From Escherichia phage C119: 47,319 bases of DNA. The first letter of the stretch is position 1, and each line of letters begins with the position of its first letter. This document shows positions 17,938-26,746 of this stretch, piece by piece. The stretch lies in the sequence record NC_042046.1. One strand, given 5' to 3'. The notes beneath the pieces were generated by a model, which saw nothing but the letters and a program-made list of their open reading frames with translations, was not told the origin of the DNA and ran no database searches. A program made the translations under genes and the position numbers.

Positions 17938-18173
17938 TCCTTTGAGCCGTGATCTGCAACTGAGCCGCCGTAGCCTCCACCAACCTTTGACTCAATGCCA
18001 GCATAACGAATATCAACCTCTCCAGCTGCAACAATAACACCACCTTTCCACTTAGCTACGCAAACATCACCCGCCTGAGTCGCACACCATCCGTCAGGGC
18101 GCGGACCAGAAGAACAACCTACCGTCATGATTGCTGCTGCTGCGATGATTGCTGATTTGATGAAGTTAGTCAT
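17928..18173 (-). CDS. Small lipoprotein, candidate superinfection-exclusion factor (Llp/Cor-like)
   Basis: Minus-strand ATG at 18173 with AAGGAA RBS; N-terminus [23 protein letters not shown] has a signal peptide plus lipobox; mature part about 60 aa with two further Cys; overlaps the start of the receptor-binding gene. Confidence 0.6.
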   Translation of the reverse strand: MTNFIKSAIIAAAAIMTVGCSSGPRPDGWCATQAGDVCVAKWKGGVIVAAGEVDIRYAGIESKVGGGYGGSVADHGSKEWK

Positions 18174-18356
18174 TTTGTATTCCTTAGTCAGTATGTTTCG
18201 TTTCGATGGAGTAACTATAGCAAAGGCTTCTGCTGTAGTCTTTAGCAAATCGTGCTATTTTATATACGCGTAACCGATGTAACTCGATGTATACAATCTC
18301 ATCCGCTGAAAATTGTATACGCTTTTTACGCGAAGATACGCATTAGTTACATTTAT

Positions 18357-18424
18357 AAATCCTTATATAATAAGGGTTTAGAGTATTATTATTATTATAT
18401 ATATTACTATGTATATCTTGTAAC
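18357..18424. repeat. AT-rich element copy A with (TTA)n microsatellite
   Basis: aaatccttatataataagggtttagagtattattattattatatatattactatg...; near-identical to the element at 38617-38686; lies in a divergent intergenic region. Confidence 0.8.
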
Positions 18425-18719
18425 TACTCTCTATAGCTATGTTGTTGTGTTTTACTAAAATACTATGTTTGATTTCCTGTTAAGGAGAAAATGCATATAT
18501 ATATAGATAGGGTGCAAATTTGGTGGATACATTGGTTACAAGGGTTACATTCAGCATTCATGCGGCGTACAGAGCATCAAAGCGTATTTATGTGAGTTTT
18601 ACAGCTATATACAAAATAGCACGAATAATCAAAAAGCATGATTCCTGATTGGTTATAGTGCACTCACCGGCAGCAGTGGTGCTGCTTTTGATGCAAAAAA
18701 TGCACCACAAAATCCGGGA

Positions 18720-19451
18720 GTGAAAATAATTCAACCCCAAAAACTAGAGATGATAGATATGAATCTGATTAATATTGATGAAAACGTAACCATGAGTAGC
18801 CTTGAAATTGCCGAGATCACGGGAAAGCGACATGACCACGTATTAAGGGATATAAGGGAGATGCTAAATGATGAAGAGGTATCCCCAGATTTGGGGACAC
18901 CATGCGTAGTTGATGATAATACAAAATTGTATTCTCAAAATGGAGGATGTGGCCTCAAATTTGAGGGCACCTACACTAACGAGCAAAACGGTCAGTCTTA
19001 CCCATGTTTTAACTTGCCATACCGTGAAACTATGATTTTGATGGTCGGTTATAACAGAAAGGTAGCCGCAAGAATTATTGACCGCTGGCTTCATCTTGAG
19101 CGGGAGAATAAATTACTAAAAGACCACATGAAGAAGATGGTTTCACTTGACGAGGTCAAAGTTTACAAGATCGAGGCTGCGTCAGCAAAAGCCGCGCAGC
19201 ACAGAGCTGAGGATAACTATTACGCGATTGAGAAGTTCATGTTTAAGAGCATGGATAAGTGTGGAAATCCTGCGGAACTTGATGAGCAATACTTCGATGT
19301 TAAGTTCGAGTCAAATCGTTACCATGACTCTCAAGAGGTGGTTTACAAATATCAGGCTCAGCTTGAGGTTGCCTGCGAAAAGTTAAAGGCTAAAGATGAG
19401 CTTATTGCTAATCTAGTTGATAAGAATAGCGAGATTCTTAAGTTGAAATAA
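18720..19451 (+). CDS. Rha-family phage regulatory protein / antirepressor-like
   Basis: N-terminal region contains SSLEIAEITGKRHDHVLRDIREML, a signature I recognise from Rha/antirepressor proteins; start ambiguous (GTG 18720 or ATG 18750/18759/18792). Confidence 0.6.
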   Translation: MKIIQPQKLEMIDMNLINIDENVTMSSLEIAEITGKRHDHVLRDIREMLNDEEVSPDLGTPCVVDDNTKLYSQNGGCGLKFEGTYTNEQNGQSYPCFNLPYRETMILMVGYNRKVAARIIDRWLHLERENKLLKDHMKKMVSLDEVKVYKIEAASAKAAQHRAEDNYYAIEKFMFKSMDKCGNPAELDEQYFDVKFESNRYHDSQEVVYKYQAQLEVACEKLKAKDELIANLVDKNSEILKLK

Positions 19452-19524
19452 TAGGCAAAACCAATTGGATAAAATTAGCCACGGATGGCATAGTTAAACC
19501 ACACAAACAAAGAGAGATATAGAA

Positions 19525-19719
19525 ATGGCATACTTCATTATTCAAGAGCGAAACAATCCTATTTTCGGCACATGTTACTACTGTGTAGATGGCTCAGGTT
19601 ACACAAGCAATAAATCAGAGGCGGCAAGATTTGATACAAAGCAGGAAGCTATTGAATACGCCCACGTGACAGATGAGGAGCTTGGTTCAGTAATGAAGAT
19701 TATTAAGGTGAAGGAATAA
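19525..19719 (+). CDS. Hypothetical protein (64 aa)
   Basis: ATG 19525 preceded by conserved leader acaaacaaagagagatatagaa, nearly identical to the leader at 20725-20747. Confidence 0.55.
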   Translation: MAYFIIQERNNPIFGTCYYCVDGSGYTSNKSEAARFDTKQEAIEYAHVTDEELGSVMKIIKVKE

Positions 19720-19722
19720 ATT

Positions 19723-20691
19723 ATGAGCTTCAAGGTTTACACTAGCGACGAGTTAACCAACGAAGCCTACCACAAGGAGTCAGACCATGTGTCTGGCTCT
19801 GGTCTGGCTCACATCTTCTCAACTTGCCCCGCTGCTTATAAGTTTGCAGAGCATGATGATAGCAATAAGGCTTTAAAGTTCGGTACATTAGCCCACACGG
19901 TTATTCTTGAAAACTCTGTATTCGATGCGACTTACTATCGCCAGCCAGCGCAAGAAGAGTTTGATGATCTGATTACTAGCAAGACTGCTTTGGCAACTCG
20001 GTTGAAGTCGATGGGTATTGCTGGAACATCTGGTAAGGATTATCCAGAATTAATGGAGATTCTGGCGCTGAGCGGTGAATCACTTAACGTATGGTGGGAT
20101 ATTCAGCGCTCTAACGAGGTTAAAGCGAACGGTCGCGAGATTGTATCAGCTAAAGACTTTGACACAGTACATGCGATGCGAGAGGTGCTGTGTGGCATTC
20201 CTGCATACAATGCGATAGTGAACAGTAAAACCGCTCAGCGAGAGTTATCAATCTTCGGTGAGATTAACGAGTGCGGCGTTAAGGTTCGTCTTGACCATGT
20301 CGATGTCGTTGATGATGTAGTTTATATCCGTGACTACAAGACGACTAGCGACGCATCTCCATCTGGATTTGGGAGATTGGCCTTCAAGCATGGTTACTTG
20401 CTAAAAATGGCGCTTCAGCATGATTTGTTTGTTCGCGCCTTTAATGAGAAGCGTCGAGTTGTTGTTCAGCTTCTTTGCCAGGAAAAGAAAAGCCCATTCC
20501 TTCCAATGTGCTACACGATAACAAAAGAGCACTTAAAGGTTGGTAGATTGCAATACATGAGCGCCCTATCCACATACAAGCAATGCAAGAAACTTGATAT
20601 TTGGCCTGGTTACGGATTTGGCGAAACAGAGATGGAACTGCAAGTTCCTGAGTATGAGATGAAGAAGTACGAAGATAGCACGAATAGCTAA
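19723..20691 (+). CDS. PD-(D/E)XK family recombination exonuclease (YqaJ/RecE/Cas4-like)
   Basis: Motif VRLDHVDVVDDVVYIRDYKTT (D...D/E-x-K core) and gene order exonuclease then annealing protein; stop codon lies inside the cassette motif. Confidence 0.6.
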   Translation: MSFKVYTSDELTNEAYHKESDHVSGSGLAHIFSTCPAAYKFAEHDDSNKALKFGTLAHTVILENSVFDATYYRQPAQEEFDDLITSKTALATRLKSMGIAGTSGKDYPELMEILALSGESLNVWWDIQRSNEVKANGREIVSAKDFDTVHAMREVLCGIPAYNAIVNSKTAQRELSIFGEINECGVKVRLDHVDVVDDVVYIRDYKTTSDASPSGFGRLAFKHGYLLKMALQHDLFVRAFNEKRRVVVQLLCQEKKSPFLPMCYTITKEHLKVGRLQYMSALSTYKQCKKLDIWPGYGFGETEMELQVPEYEMKKYEDSTNS

Positions 20692-20747
20692 AACGGTATT
20701 AAATTGATGGGGTATAGTTACCTCATCGACAACAAAGAGAGATAGAA

Positions 20748-21395
20748 ATGAAGACTTCAGAGAGTAACAAAACAGTTTTACAGGCACTATTTAAAGCTCG
20801 CACAGGATTTGCGAAGGCGGCAAGAGACAAGCAGAACAGTCACCTAAAGAATAGATACGCAACACTTGATTCCATGCTGGAGGCTGTAATCCCAGCACTT
20901 GATGATAACGACTTAATGATTATGCAGAGCATGTTAGAAACATCAACTACTGACAATCTTAACGTAGAGACGACTCTCTATCACGTTTCTGGCGAGTGGG
21001 TTAGCTTCTTCATGATTATGCCAATAGTTAAGAAAGACCCGCAAGGAGTAGGATCTGCATTTACATACGCTCGGCGTTACTCACTAGCGGCGGCTTTGGG
21101 AATTAGTCAGTCTGACGATGATGCGCAGATGGCAGTTAAGAGCGTCAAGGACTGGAAGCGCGATATTGAGAAGGCAGAAACTCGAGAAGAGCTTATCGAA
21201 ATCTACAAATCATGCAAATCACAAGCTGACACGGCAACGTGGGGTATAGTAGAGAAAGCGATAATAGATAAACAAGCAGAGATCAAAATGGCTTCCGCAA
21301 GTGGCTTCAACCCAGCTAAGCCAAAGGAAGTCGCTAAAAAAGTTGCAAACGCAACGAATGAAGTAGTAGAATCACAATCAATCGAGCAGTTCTAA
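20748..21395 (+). CDS. ERF-like single-strand annealing protein
   Basis: Segment NRYATLDSMLEAVIPAL...FTYARRYSLAAALGI is typical of ERF-family annealing proteins; located between exonuclease and SSB. Confidence 0.55.
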   Translation: MKTSESNKTVLQALFKARTGFAKAARDKQNSHLKNRYATLDSMLEAVIPALDDNDLMIMQSMLETSTTDNLNVETTLYHVSGEWVSFFMIMPIVKKDPQGVGSAFTYARRYSLAAALGISQSDDDAQMAVKSVKDWKRDIEKAETREELIEIYKSCKSQADTATWGIVEKAIIDKQAEIKMASASGFNPAKPKEVAKKVANATNEVVESQSIEQF

Positions 21396-21436
21396 ACTAA
21401 ACGGGGCTTCGGCCCCAAAATCAAACGAGATATGAA

Positions 21437-21931
21437 ATGAATTGGGACAAATACTTTGATATCGTGGATGGTAAGCTGGTGTGGAAGTATAGAGAAGAGA
21501 TGCGGCCACAGTGGAACGCAAGATATCAAGGAAAAGAGGCAGGAGCGATAAGGAATGGATACCTTCAGACCGAAATCAATGGGAAGTGTTATTTTTGCCA
21601 TAGAATTATGTGGGAAATGATTAACGGTCGTATACCGGATGGAATGTGCATAGACCACTTGAATCACAAGAGAGATGATAACAGGATTGAAAATCTTAGA
21701 GTTGTATCTCATCAAGATAATTGCAAGAATCAGAGCTTGCGATTGAAAAATAAATCAGGAGTATCGGGAGTTTACTGGAATAAGAAAGCAAATAAGTGGC
21801 TAGCTCAAATAAGTATAAAAGGAAAAAGAAAGCATGTTGGTTTCTTTTTATCAATATCTGACGCTGAGAATGCGATAAAACAAGCAAGAAAAGAAAATCT
21901 TTACCACGAAAATCATTGCTCTAATATTTGA
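21437..21931 (+). CDS. HNH homing endonuclease with AP2-like domain (copy 2)
   Basis: NGRIPDGMCIDHLNHKRDDNRIENLRVVSHQDNCKNQ (HNH) and SGVSGVYWNKKANKWLAQI (AP2-like); N-terminus MNWDKYFDIVDGKLVW parallels copy 3. Confidence 0.8.
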   Translation: MNWDKYFDIVDGKLVWKYREEMRPQWNARYQGKEAGAIRNGYLQTEINGKCYFCHRIMWEMINGRIPDGMCIDHLNHKRDDNRIENLRVVSHQDNCKNQSLRLKNKSGVSGVYWNKKANKWLAQISIKGKRKHVGFFLSISDAENAIKQARKENLYHENHCSNI

Positions 21932-21954
21932 AATAAACAAAAAGAGGTATCAAA

Positions 21955-22377
21955 ATGCACGTAATTACAGGTCAGATTCGTAAGGCTCCTTTCACTAAAG
22001 ATGGTCAGAACGCCAAGGGTAACTGGAAGATGTACGCTATCGAAATGAGCGAATCTTATAAAACACGAGATGGAGAGCGTAAGTATAGTAATTATCGAGC
22101 TACCTTCTTTGCTAGCGAGGCGCAAATTAGCTGGTATGACGAAGCATTTCAGGAAGGAAAAGTTATCTCTGTGAGCGGCGATTCATTAGCGGTTAATGAG
22201 CGCGAACATAATGGCAAGACATATATTACGCTTGAGTTGCAGAATCCTCGATTGATGTTTAGTCAGCGAGGAGGTGAATCAGAACAGCAGCAGCAGCGAC
22301 AACAAGCTCAACAGCAACAGAGACAGCAGCCGCAGCAACAAAGCCGATTTAGTGATGAAGATGATATTCCGTTTTAA
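21955..22377 (+). CDS. ssb: Single-stranded DNA-binding protein
   Basis: OB-fold-sized N-terminal domain, Gln-rich linker and canonical acidic C-terminal tail ...FSDEDDIPF. Confidence 0.85.
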   Translation: MHVITGQIRKAPFTKDGQNAKGNWKMYAIEMSESYKTRDGERKYSNYRATFFASEAQISWYDEAFQEGKVISVSGDSLAVNEREHNGKTYITLELQNPRLMFSQRGGESEQQQQRQQAQQQQRQQPQQQSRFSDEDDIPF

Positions 22378-22385
22378 TGCAAAAG

Positions 22386-22411
22386 ATAAAGCCCCTTTCG
22401 GGGCTTTTTTA
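22386..22411. terminator. Bidirectional terminator between ssb (+) and tailspike (-)
   Basis: aaagcccctttcggggcttt hairpin with A-tract upstream and T-tract downstream. Confidence 0.75.
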
Positions 22412-25126
22412 TTGTGACGTTACATCACCATTCAAACTCAAAAATACTGATTGTTTTGTCAAATCAACACCACCTTTAAGCGAATAGTATCTTGAAGCGC
22501 AATAATCAGACTCATCTGAATAGCTGCCAACGTAAACACCAAAGCCATATCCAGAGCAAGCTACATCACCAGCGCCTTGACCTGAATACATGGTTACATA
22601 GTTACCAGCTGTTGTTAGTATAGGTCTGACATCAATATCTATATACTGAGAATCAAATGACCTTCTAACTCTAAATCCAGTATTCAGGTTTAAGATGCTC
22701 CACCAAACCTTACCAGATACATCAAAACCAAGAGCAATATTGTAAGTACCACCATTGACCATTCTTGATGAGACTGGCAACACACCTGATAAAACTCTTG
22801 TTTCACCTGATGCTGATATTAACAATGAGACACTGTGTTCTCCTGATGCCATCACGTTATACTGCAAGTAAAGAGCATTACTATTAACTCCAAAACCAGT
22901 CCCTATAGCTATAAGGTTAAAGTCTTCAGCAACAGTTATGGTCGGCGATATATTGCATGTAGCGGTGAAACCTAGTGACGGGTCAAATCCAGTGCATATA
23001 ATCTTATCTTTATTTGCCTGTGAAAGCCTTAGCCAATATTGCTGCCCAACTGATGATGCCGCTGCGGCGAATACTGGTGTATTAGAGACCCCATCAAAAG
23101 CTGAAGTGTCGTTTGCTGGCTTAATTCTTGTCTTCCTTTTGTCTATCAGTCCGTTTATCTTCAGGTTTCCTGAATACTCAGCAACATAGTTAGTGTCCCC
23201 TGAGAAATTTGGGCCAAAGTAACCAGATTCAACAACCCCATCGATCACAACATCAGATCTTGAGTCAAGGAATCTGAAGTTGCCAGCGGAAGTTGGCCTT
23301 CCATCGCCATTGTTAGATACATAGTTAAGCCCAACAAAACCATAGATTCTTACAGAGCTATTTGAAAACGAAACGTTATAATCTCTGTAGTTTGAGTTTA
23401 TGCTGTTCCTGTTACTATTTAATCCATTAAATACCACATTTCTAGAGTTTACAATTCTAACACCGTCACCACCGCAATCCTGCGCCTCTATAGCTGACAT
23501 GGTGATGTTTTGGCAGTTATCAATCAGGATGCCATAAGCATCATCAAGCTCATTATAAGCCGACCAACCCGACCAAATAAACTTACCGCCAACAATCCTA
23601 CAGTTTCCGGCATTCCTAAGTATTAGACAATTTCTTCCACAGGTGTTTACCTTTATGTTATTCCATGTGAAGTCTGTTGTTTCGTTAATCAATCCGTCTT
23701 TTTTTATGTGCTGAATAAGAACATCATCAAGAACAGGAGAGTAGTTACCAGCAGCAACGAAAATTCCGTAAACATCAAACCCAGCAATGTGAGTGTTTCT
23801 TATCGTTAAGTCCCTCCTAGGGTCAGCACCAGTGTTGAATGGGTAATTGGTTGATAACCCAGTCGGCGTAGGGATGTAAATCCCAGCAGTACCATCAGTA
23901 AACGCCGTGTCTTGCTGGGCTCCAGTGCCGTAAAGAGCAATACCTTCAATATGAATGAGCGAGCAAGAATCAGAAACCTCAATTAAAGAGCCAATTGATG
24001 AACTAAGCTGAGTTATTCTTGACTTGTGCTTGCCAAAACCAATTATAGAGCAAGATTTATTTCTCATTACCAGGTTTGATGCCATGTAGTCGCTATCAAG
24101 CTTTAATGCCAGCCCGGAGTCTAGGATTTGCTGTATCTGTGTCGTTGAGTCTGATGTCGATGACTTAATGGCCCCAAGTTCGCAAGGCGACAGCTCCCCG
24201 CTACAGATTCTTTCCCAGTAATAACCTGTACTTGATTCAAAAACCAATCCTGAAGATAATCCATATGATAAAGATGACTCCGGCTTACAAACAAAGAACC
24301 CACCACCATAACCAAGACCACCAATGTAAGAATCACAATAGACAACCTCTAAGTCATAAATTCTGGCAGAGTTTGTCATTGCTGATACTGATTCAAACCT
24401 TCTTGTGTAATCCTGTTGAATCCAAAAACCAACTCCAATACCACCTGTAGACTGTGGTGATGAGTTTTGTGGTATGGATTTTGGAACGCTACCAGACCAG
24501 TAATAAACCGAAACATGATTGTCATTAAAGTAAATTGCAGGCTGAGTTCTTGAGTTTATTTCTCCACCATTTGAGAAATCAACTACAAGAGCAGATGACA
24601 CAGAAGCCGCAGCAGAGCTTGCTATTGTAGCTGAAGAGGAAGCCGAGTTAGCGCTACTTTCAGCTAACTGCCTATCAGAAGATACCTGATCTTTGTCAGA
24701 AGAAACTTGAGCAGCATCAACAGCAACTTGCTGAGATTGCATGTTGACATTATTTACGCTTTGCTGGAAAGAATCAGAATCAAATTGATTAAAAGCATCA
24801 ACTGCCGCTGCAACCTCTGTTTCACGGGACTGATAATAACGAAGTGTCTCAGCAACGTCCTGAGCAAGACCTTGGACAGTAATTCCGTCATGAGCAAGGA
24901 TTGAGTACTGAGTCCCAGCTGGCGCAGTAAAACCTTTATCATTGAATACACGAATCTCTGTATCGCTTAAAATCTCAGCGATAGTAACAATGCTTGTCGG
25001 GGTGGTGTTAAAAATCATTGTTGCGCCAACTCGGATTAGCGTTAGTGGTTGCCTCCACGTGGTGCCAACACCAGTTACAGTTCCGTCAGCTGCAAGCGAT
25101 GCAGTTCCAGCGTCATAAATTGCCAT
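22409..25126 (-). CDS. Tailspike / tail fibre with right-handed beta-helix (pectate-lyase-like) domain; candidate depolymerase
   Basis: 905 aa; N-terminal anchor-like region, Ser/Ala-rich linker, then long Asn/Gly/Ile/Val-rich repeats (...NCRIVGGKFIWSGWSAYN...GILIDNCQNITMSAIEAQDCGGDGVRIVNSRNVVFNGL...) typical of beta-helix tailspikes. Confidence 0.65.
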   Translation of the reverse strand: MAIYDAGTASLAADGTVTGVGTTWRQPLTLIRVGATMIFNTTPTSIVTIAEILSDTEIRVFNDKGFTAPAGTQYSILAHDGITVQGLAQDVAETLRYYQSRETEVAAAVDAFNQFDSDSFQQSVNNVNMQSQQVAVDAAQVSSDKDQVSSDRQLAESSANSASSSATIASSAAASVSSALVVDFSNGGEINSRTQPAIYFNDNHVSVYYWSGSVPKSIPQNSSPQSTGGIGVGFWIQQDYTRRFESVSAMTNSARIYDLEVVYCDSYIGGLGYGGGFFVCKPESSLSYGLSSGLVFESSTGYYWERICSGELSPCELGAIKSSTSDSTTQIQQILDSGLALKLDSDYMASNLVMRNKSCSIIGFGKHKSRITQLSSSIGSLIEVSDSCSLIHIEGIALYGTGAQQDTAFTDGTAGIYIPTPTGLSTNYPFNTGADPRRDLTIRNTHIAGFDVYGIFVAAGNYSPVLDDVLIQHIKKDGLINETTDFTWNNIKVNTCGRNCLILRNAGNCRIVGGKFIWSGWSAYNELDDAYGILIDNCQNITMSAIEAQDCGGDGVRIVNSRNVVFNGLNSNRNSINSNYRDYNVSFSNSSVRIYGFVGLNYVSNNGDGRPTSAGNFRFLDSRSDVVIDGVVESGYFGPNFSGDTNYVAEYSGNLKINGLIDKRKTRIKPANDTSAFDGVSNTPVFAAAASSVGQQYWLRLSQANKDKIICTGFDPSLGFTATCNISPTITVAEDFNLIAIGTGFGVNSNALYLQYNVMASGEHSVSLLISASGETRVLSGVLPVSSRMVNGGTYNIALGFDVSGKVWWSILNLNTGFRVRRSFDSQYIDIDVRPILTTAGNYVTMYSGQGAGDVACSGYGFGVYVGSYSDESDYCASRYYSLKGGVDLTKQSVFLSLNGDVTSQ

Positions 25127-25178
25127 GTTATTTCTCCTATTTGATAGATGAAACCTATTGTATCAGATTAAATGCAAT

Positions 25179-25198
25179 AAAAAACCCTCCGAAGAGGG
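25179..25198 (-). terminator. Rho-independent terminator downstream of primase gene (minus strand)
   Basis: ccctccgaagaggg hairpin; T-tract on the minus strand (plus strand aaaaaa at 25179-25184). Confidence 0.55.
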
Positions 25199-25204
25199 TG
25201 ATTG

Positions 25205-26128
25205 CTATGAATGCTTATCTATCAGATCTTGCGGGTTATATAACCTTCTTTCAAGCCCCATCTTGAAATTGCCACCTTTAGGTATTACGACTTTTAGACC
25301 TCTATCATCAGCAACATAAAGCGACTCCTTTTCATCAGCTAAGCAAGCTATCCTGCACTCTTTATTCCTGAGTTCATAAGCAACCATTTCTAAGTTGTGG
25401 TGAGTTAGGCAGTCGTAAGTTGTCCTTTTTGTGCATGCCGATACATGTAGTGCGTTAATCCAGCCAACAGTGAGGTAGATAGCGCCATCACTACATTTAC
25501 TTACCGGAACAACCGAGCCGCGAGTGTAGTCTTTTGCGAGATATGACTCATTACCCTCTTCATCTATAAACTTTACGTTACAAGGCTCATCTGATAAACC
25601 ATCCTCGTAAACCATAAAGCATTGCTCGGCTATAATTTCTTCTCCAGACCCCTTTATTCCTATTTTGTATTCCCGTTCAGTAATAATTGCTTCAAATCTC
25701 GTAAGCTGTGTCATTTCTACAGACTTGGTGCGAGAGATTACCTTCTCGATTGATTCAATGGATGCCTGAGCGCCAAAGTTATATCTCTGAACTCGGCTCG
25801 CTGCTTTGTTTGCCTTCACTATGATTTCGACGGGAGTCAAATTAAGCCAGTCGCCAAGTAAATTTATAGCTTCCACAAATCTAAGGCCGGAACATTTCAT
25901 AACCCAGCCTATTCCTGAGTCACTGCCGCACTTAGAGCAAACTGCGGCCCCATTACCTTTTTCGCTTCCTATTTCGTCTGTAAACCTGAATCTGTCAGTA
26001 CCAAAGCAATAAGGGCACGGCCCGTGCTTCTTGCTAAGGTGTCTATCATTCCAACCAAGCTCCTTTGCATAAAATGATTTCCACAATCCAGCCATTTTAG
26101 GTATTACTTCATTCTTGTCGTAATTCAT
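25205..26128 (-). CDS. DNA primase-like protein (Zn-ribbon plus Toprim-like)
   Basis: C4 zinc ribbon HGPCPYCFGTDRFRF...AAVCSKCGSD near the N-terminus followed by an acidic-residue-containing domain; location in the replication module. Confidence 0.5.
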   Translation of the reverse strand: MNYDKNEVIPKMAGLWKSFYAKELGWNDRHLSKKHGPCPYCFGTDRFRFTDEIGSEKGNGAAVCSKCGSDSGIGWVMKCSGLRFVEAINLLGDWLNLTPVEIIVKANKAASRVQRYNFGAQASIESIEKVISRTKSVEMTQLTRFEAIITEREYKIGIKGSGEEIIAEQCFMVYEDGLSDEPCNVKFIDEEGNESYLAKDYTRGSVVPVSKCSDGAIYLTVGWINALHVSACTKRTTYDCLTHHNLEMVAYELRNKECRIACLADEKESLYVADDRGLKVVIPKGGNFKMGLERRLYNPQDLIDKHS

Positions 26129-26140
26129 TTTTATTTAATC

Positions 26141-26173
26141 CAATAAAAAGGTTGTACCGATTATGGCACAACC
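26141..26173 (-). terminator. Rho-independent terminator downstream of the HTH regulator gene (minus strand)
   Basis: ggttgt...acaacc hairpin followed by a T-tract on the minus strand. Confidence 0.6.
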
Positions 26174-26180
26174 TTAATTT

Positions 26181-26654
26181 TTACTCTTTAGCTTTTCGTG
26201 CTTCTTCTCTTTCTTTCTTAACCTTTCGCCATGATTTACGCTGCGGCTTGGTTGCTAACTCAGCTTCTGTAACAACTCGAAGCATCTGACGCTTCTTGCA
26301 TCGCAGTGTTAGAGGCTTGCCGTTACCGTCGAACTGTAAATCAGGTCGGCAGAATGTAGCCCTGAACCCCTCGCCAGTTCGCTTATATCGATTATGCGCA
26401 AGCTGTGCGCCGCGAGCTGAAATCATTCCCCGCTTACACCATTCTTCTACAGCCTGGCGCGTAACCTTTAGCTGCTTAGCTAGATTGGCCTTGCTGCCGT
26501 AGAAGTCCAATACAATCTCAAGGCGCGCCCTTAATCCCGCTCTCACTTCATCCTTTAGTACATAGTAACCTGATGGACGCTTACGCGGCTTCTTGTCTTC
26601 TGTGCGAATTGTTCCGTTGTTACCATTAAGAGTACGCTTGTCAATTGAATCCAT
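26181..26654 (-). CDS. Helix-turn-helix DNA-binding protein (putative transcriptional regulator)
   Basis: HTH-like segment LAKQLKVTRQAVEEWCKRGMIS; very basic C-terminus; divergently oriented to the helicase operon. Confidence 0.55.
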   Translation of the reverse strand: MDSIDKRTLNGNNGTIRTEDKKPRKRPSGYYVLKDEVRAGLRARLEIVLDFYGSKANLAKQLKVTRQAVEEWCKRGMISARGAQLAHNRYKRTGEGFRATFCRPDLQFDGNGKPLTLRCKKRQMLRVVTEAELATKPQRKSWRKVKKEREEARKAKE

Positions 26655-26665
26655 TTTCTCACCTC

Positions 26666-26746
26666 AATAGCACTTTTTGTTAAACATTGGTTTATATGGC
26701 TGTTATTATATCGTCAATCGAACGAACATTAAAGGCATTTGATATT
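26666..26746 (+). promoter_or_regulatory. Conserved cassette copy upstream of helicase operon
   Basis: aatagcactttttgttaaa followed by tttatatgg (-10-like) and leader tcaatcgaacgaaca resembling the cassette leader. Confidence 0.5.

Noticed and set aside
18252-18458. ORF encoding a Tyr/Ile-rich 68-aa peptide (and the similar minus-strand ORF 38542-38733)
   Set aside because: Each is a translation of the AT-rich (TTA)n repeat element; low-complexity product, no RBS, lies in a regulatory gap.
21403-21416. ggggcttcggcccc hairpin between the annealing-protein gene and HNH copy 2, considered as a terminator
   Set aside because: No T-tract follows on the plus strand, so it is not a convincing intrinsic terminator; may be an RNA stability or processing hairpin.
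22938-25266. Plus-strand ORFs opposite the tailspike gene (22938-23189, 24232-24450, 24707-24904, 25018-25266) and minus ORFs 24121-24345 and 24754-24951
   Set aside because: All are alternative frames of the 905-aa minus-strand gene; no RBS or promoter context.
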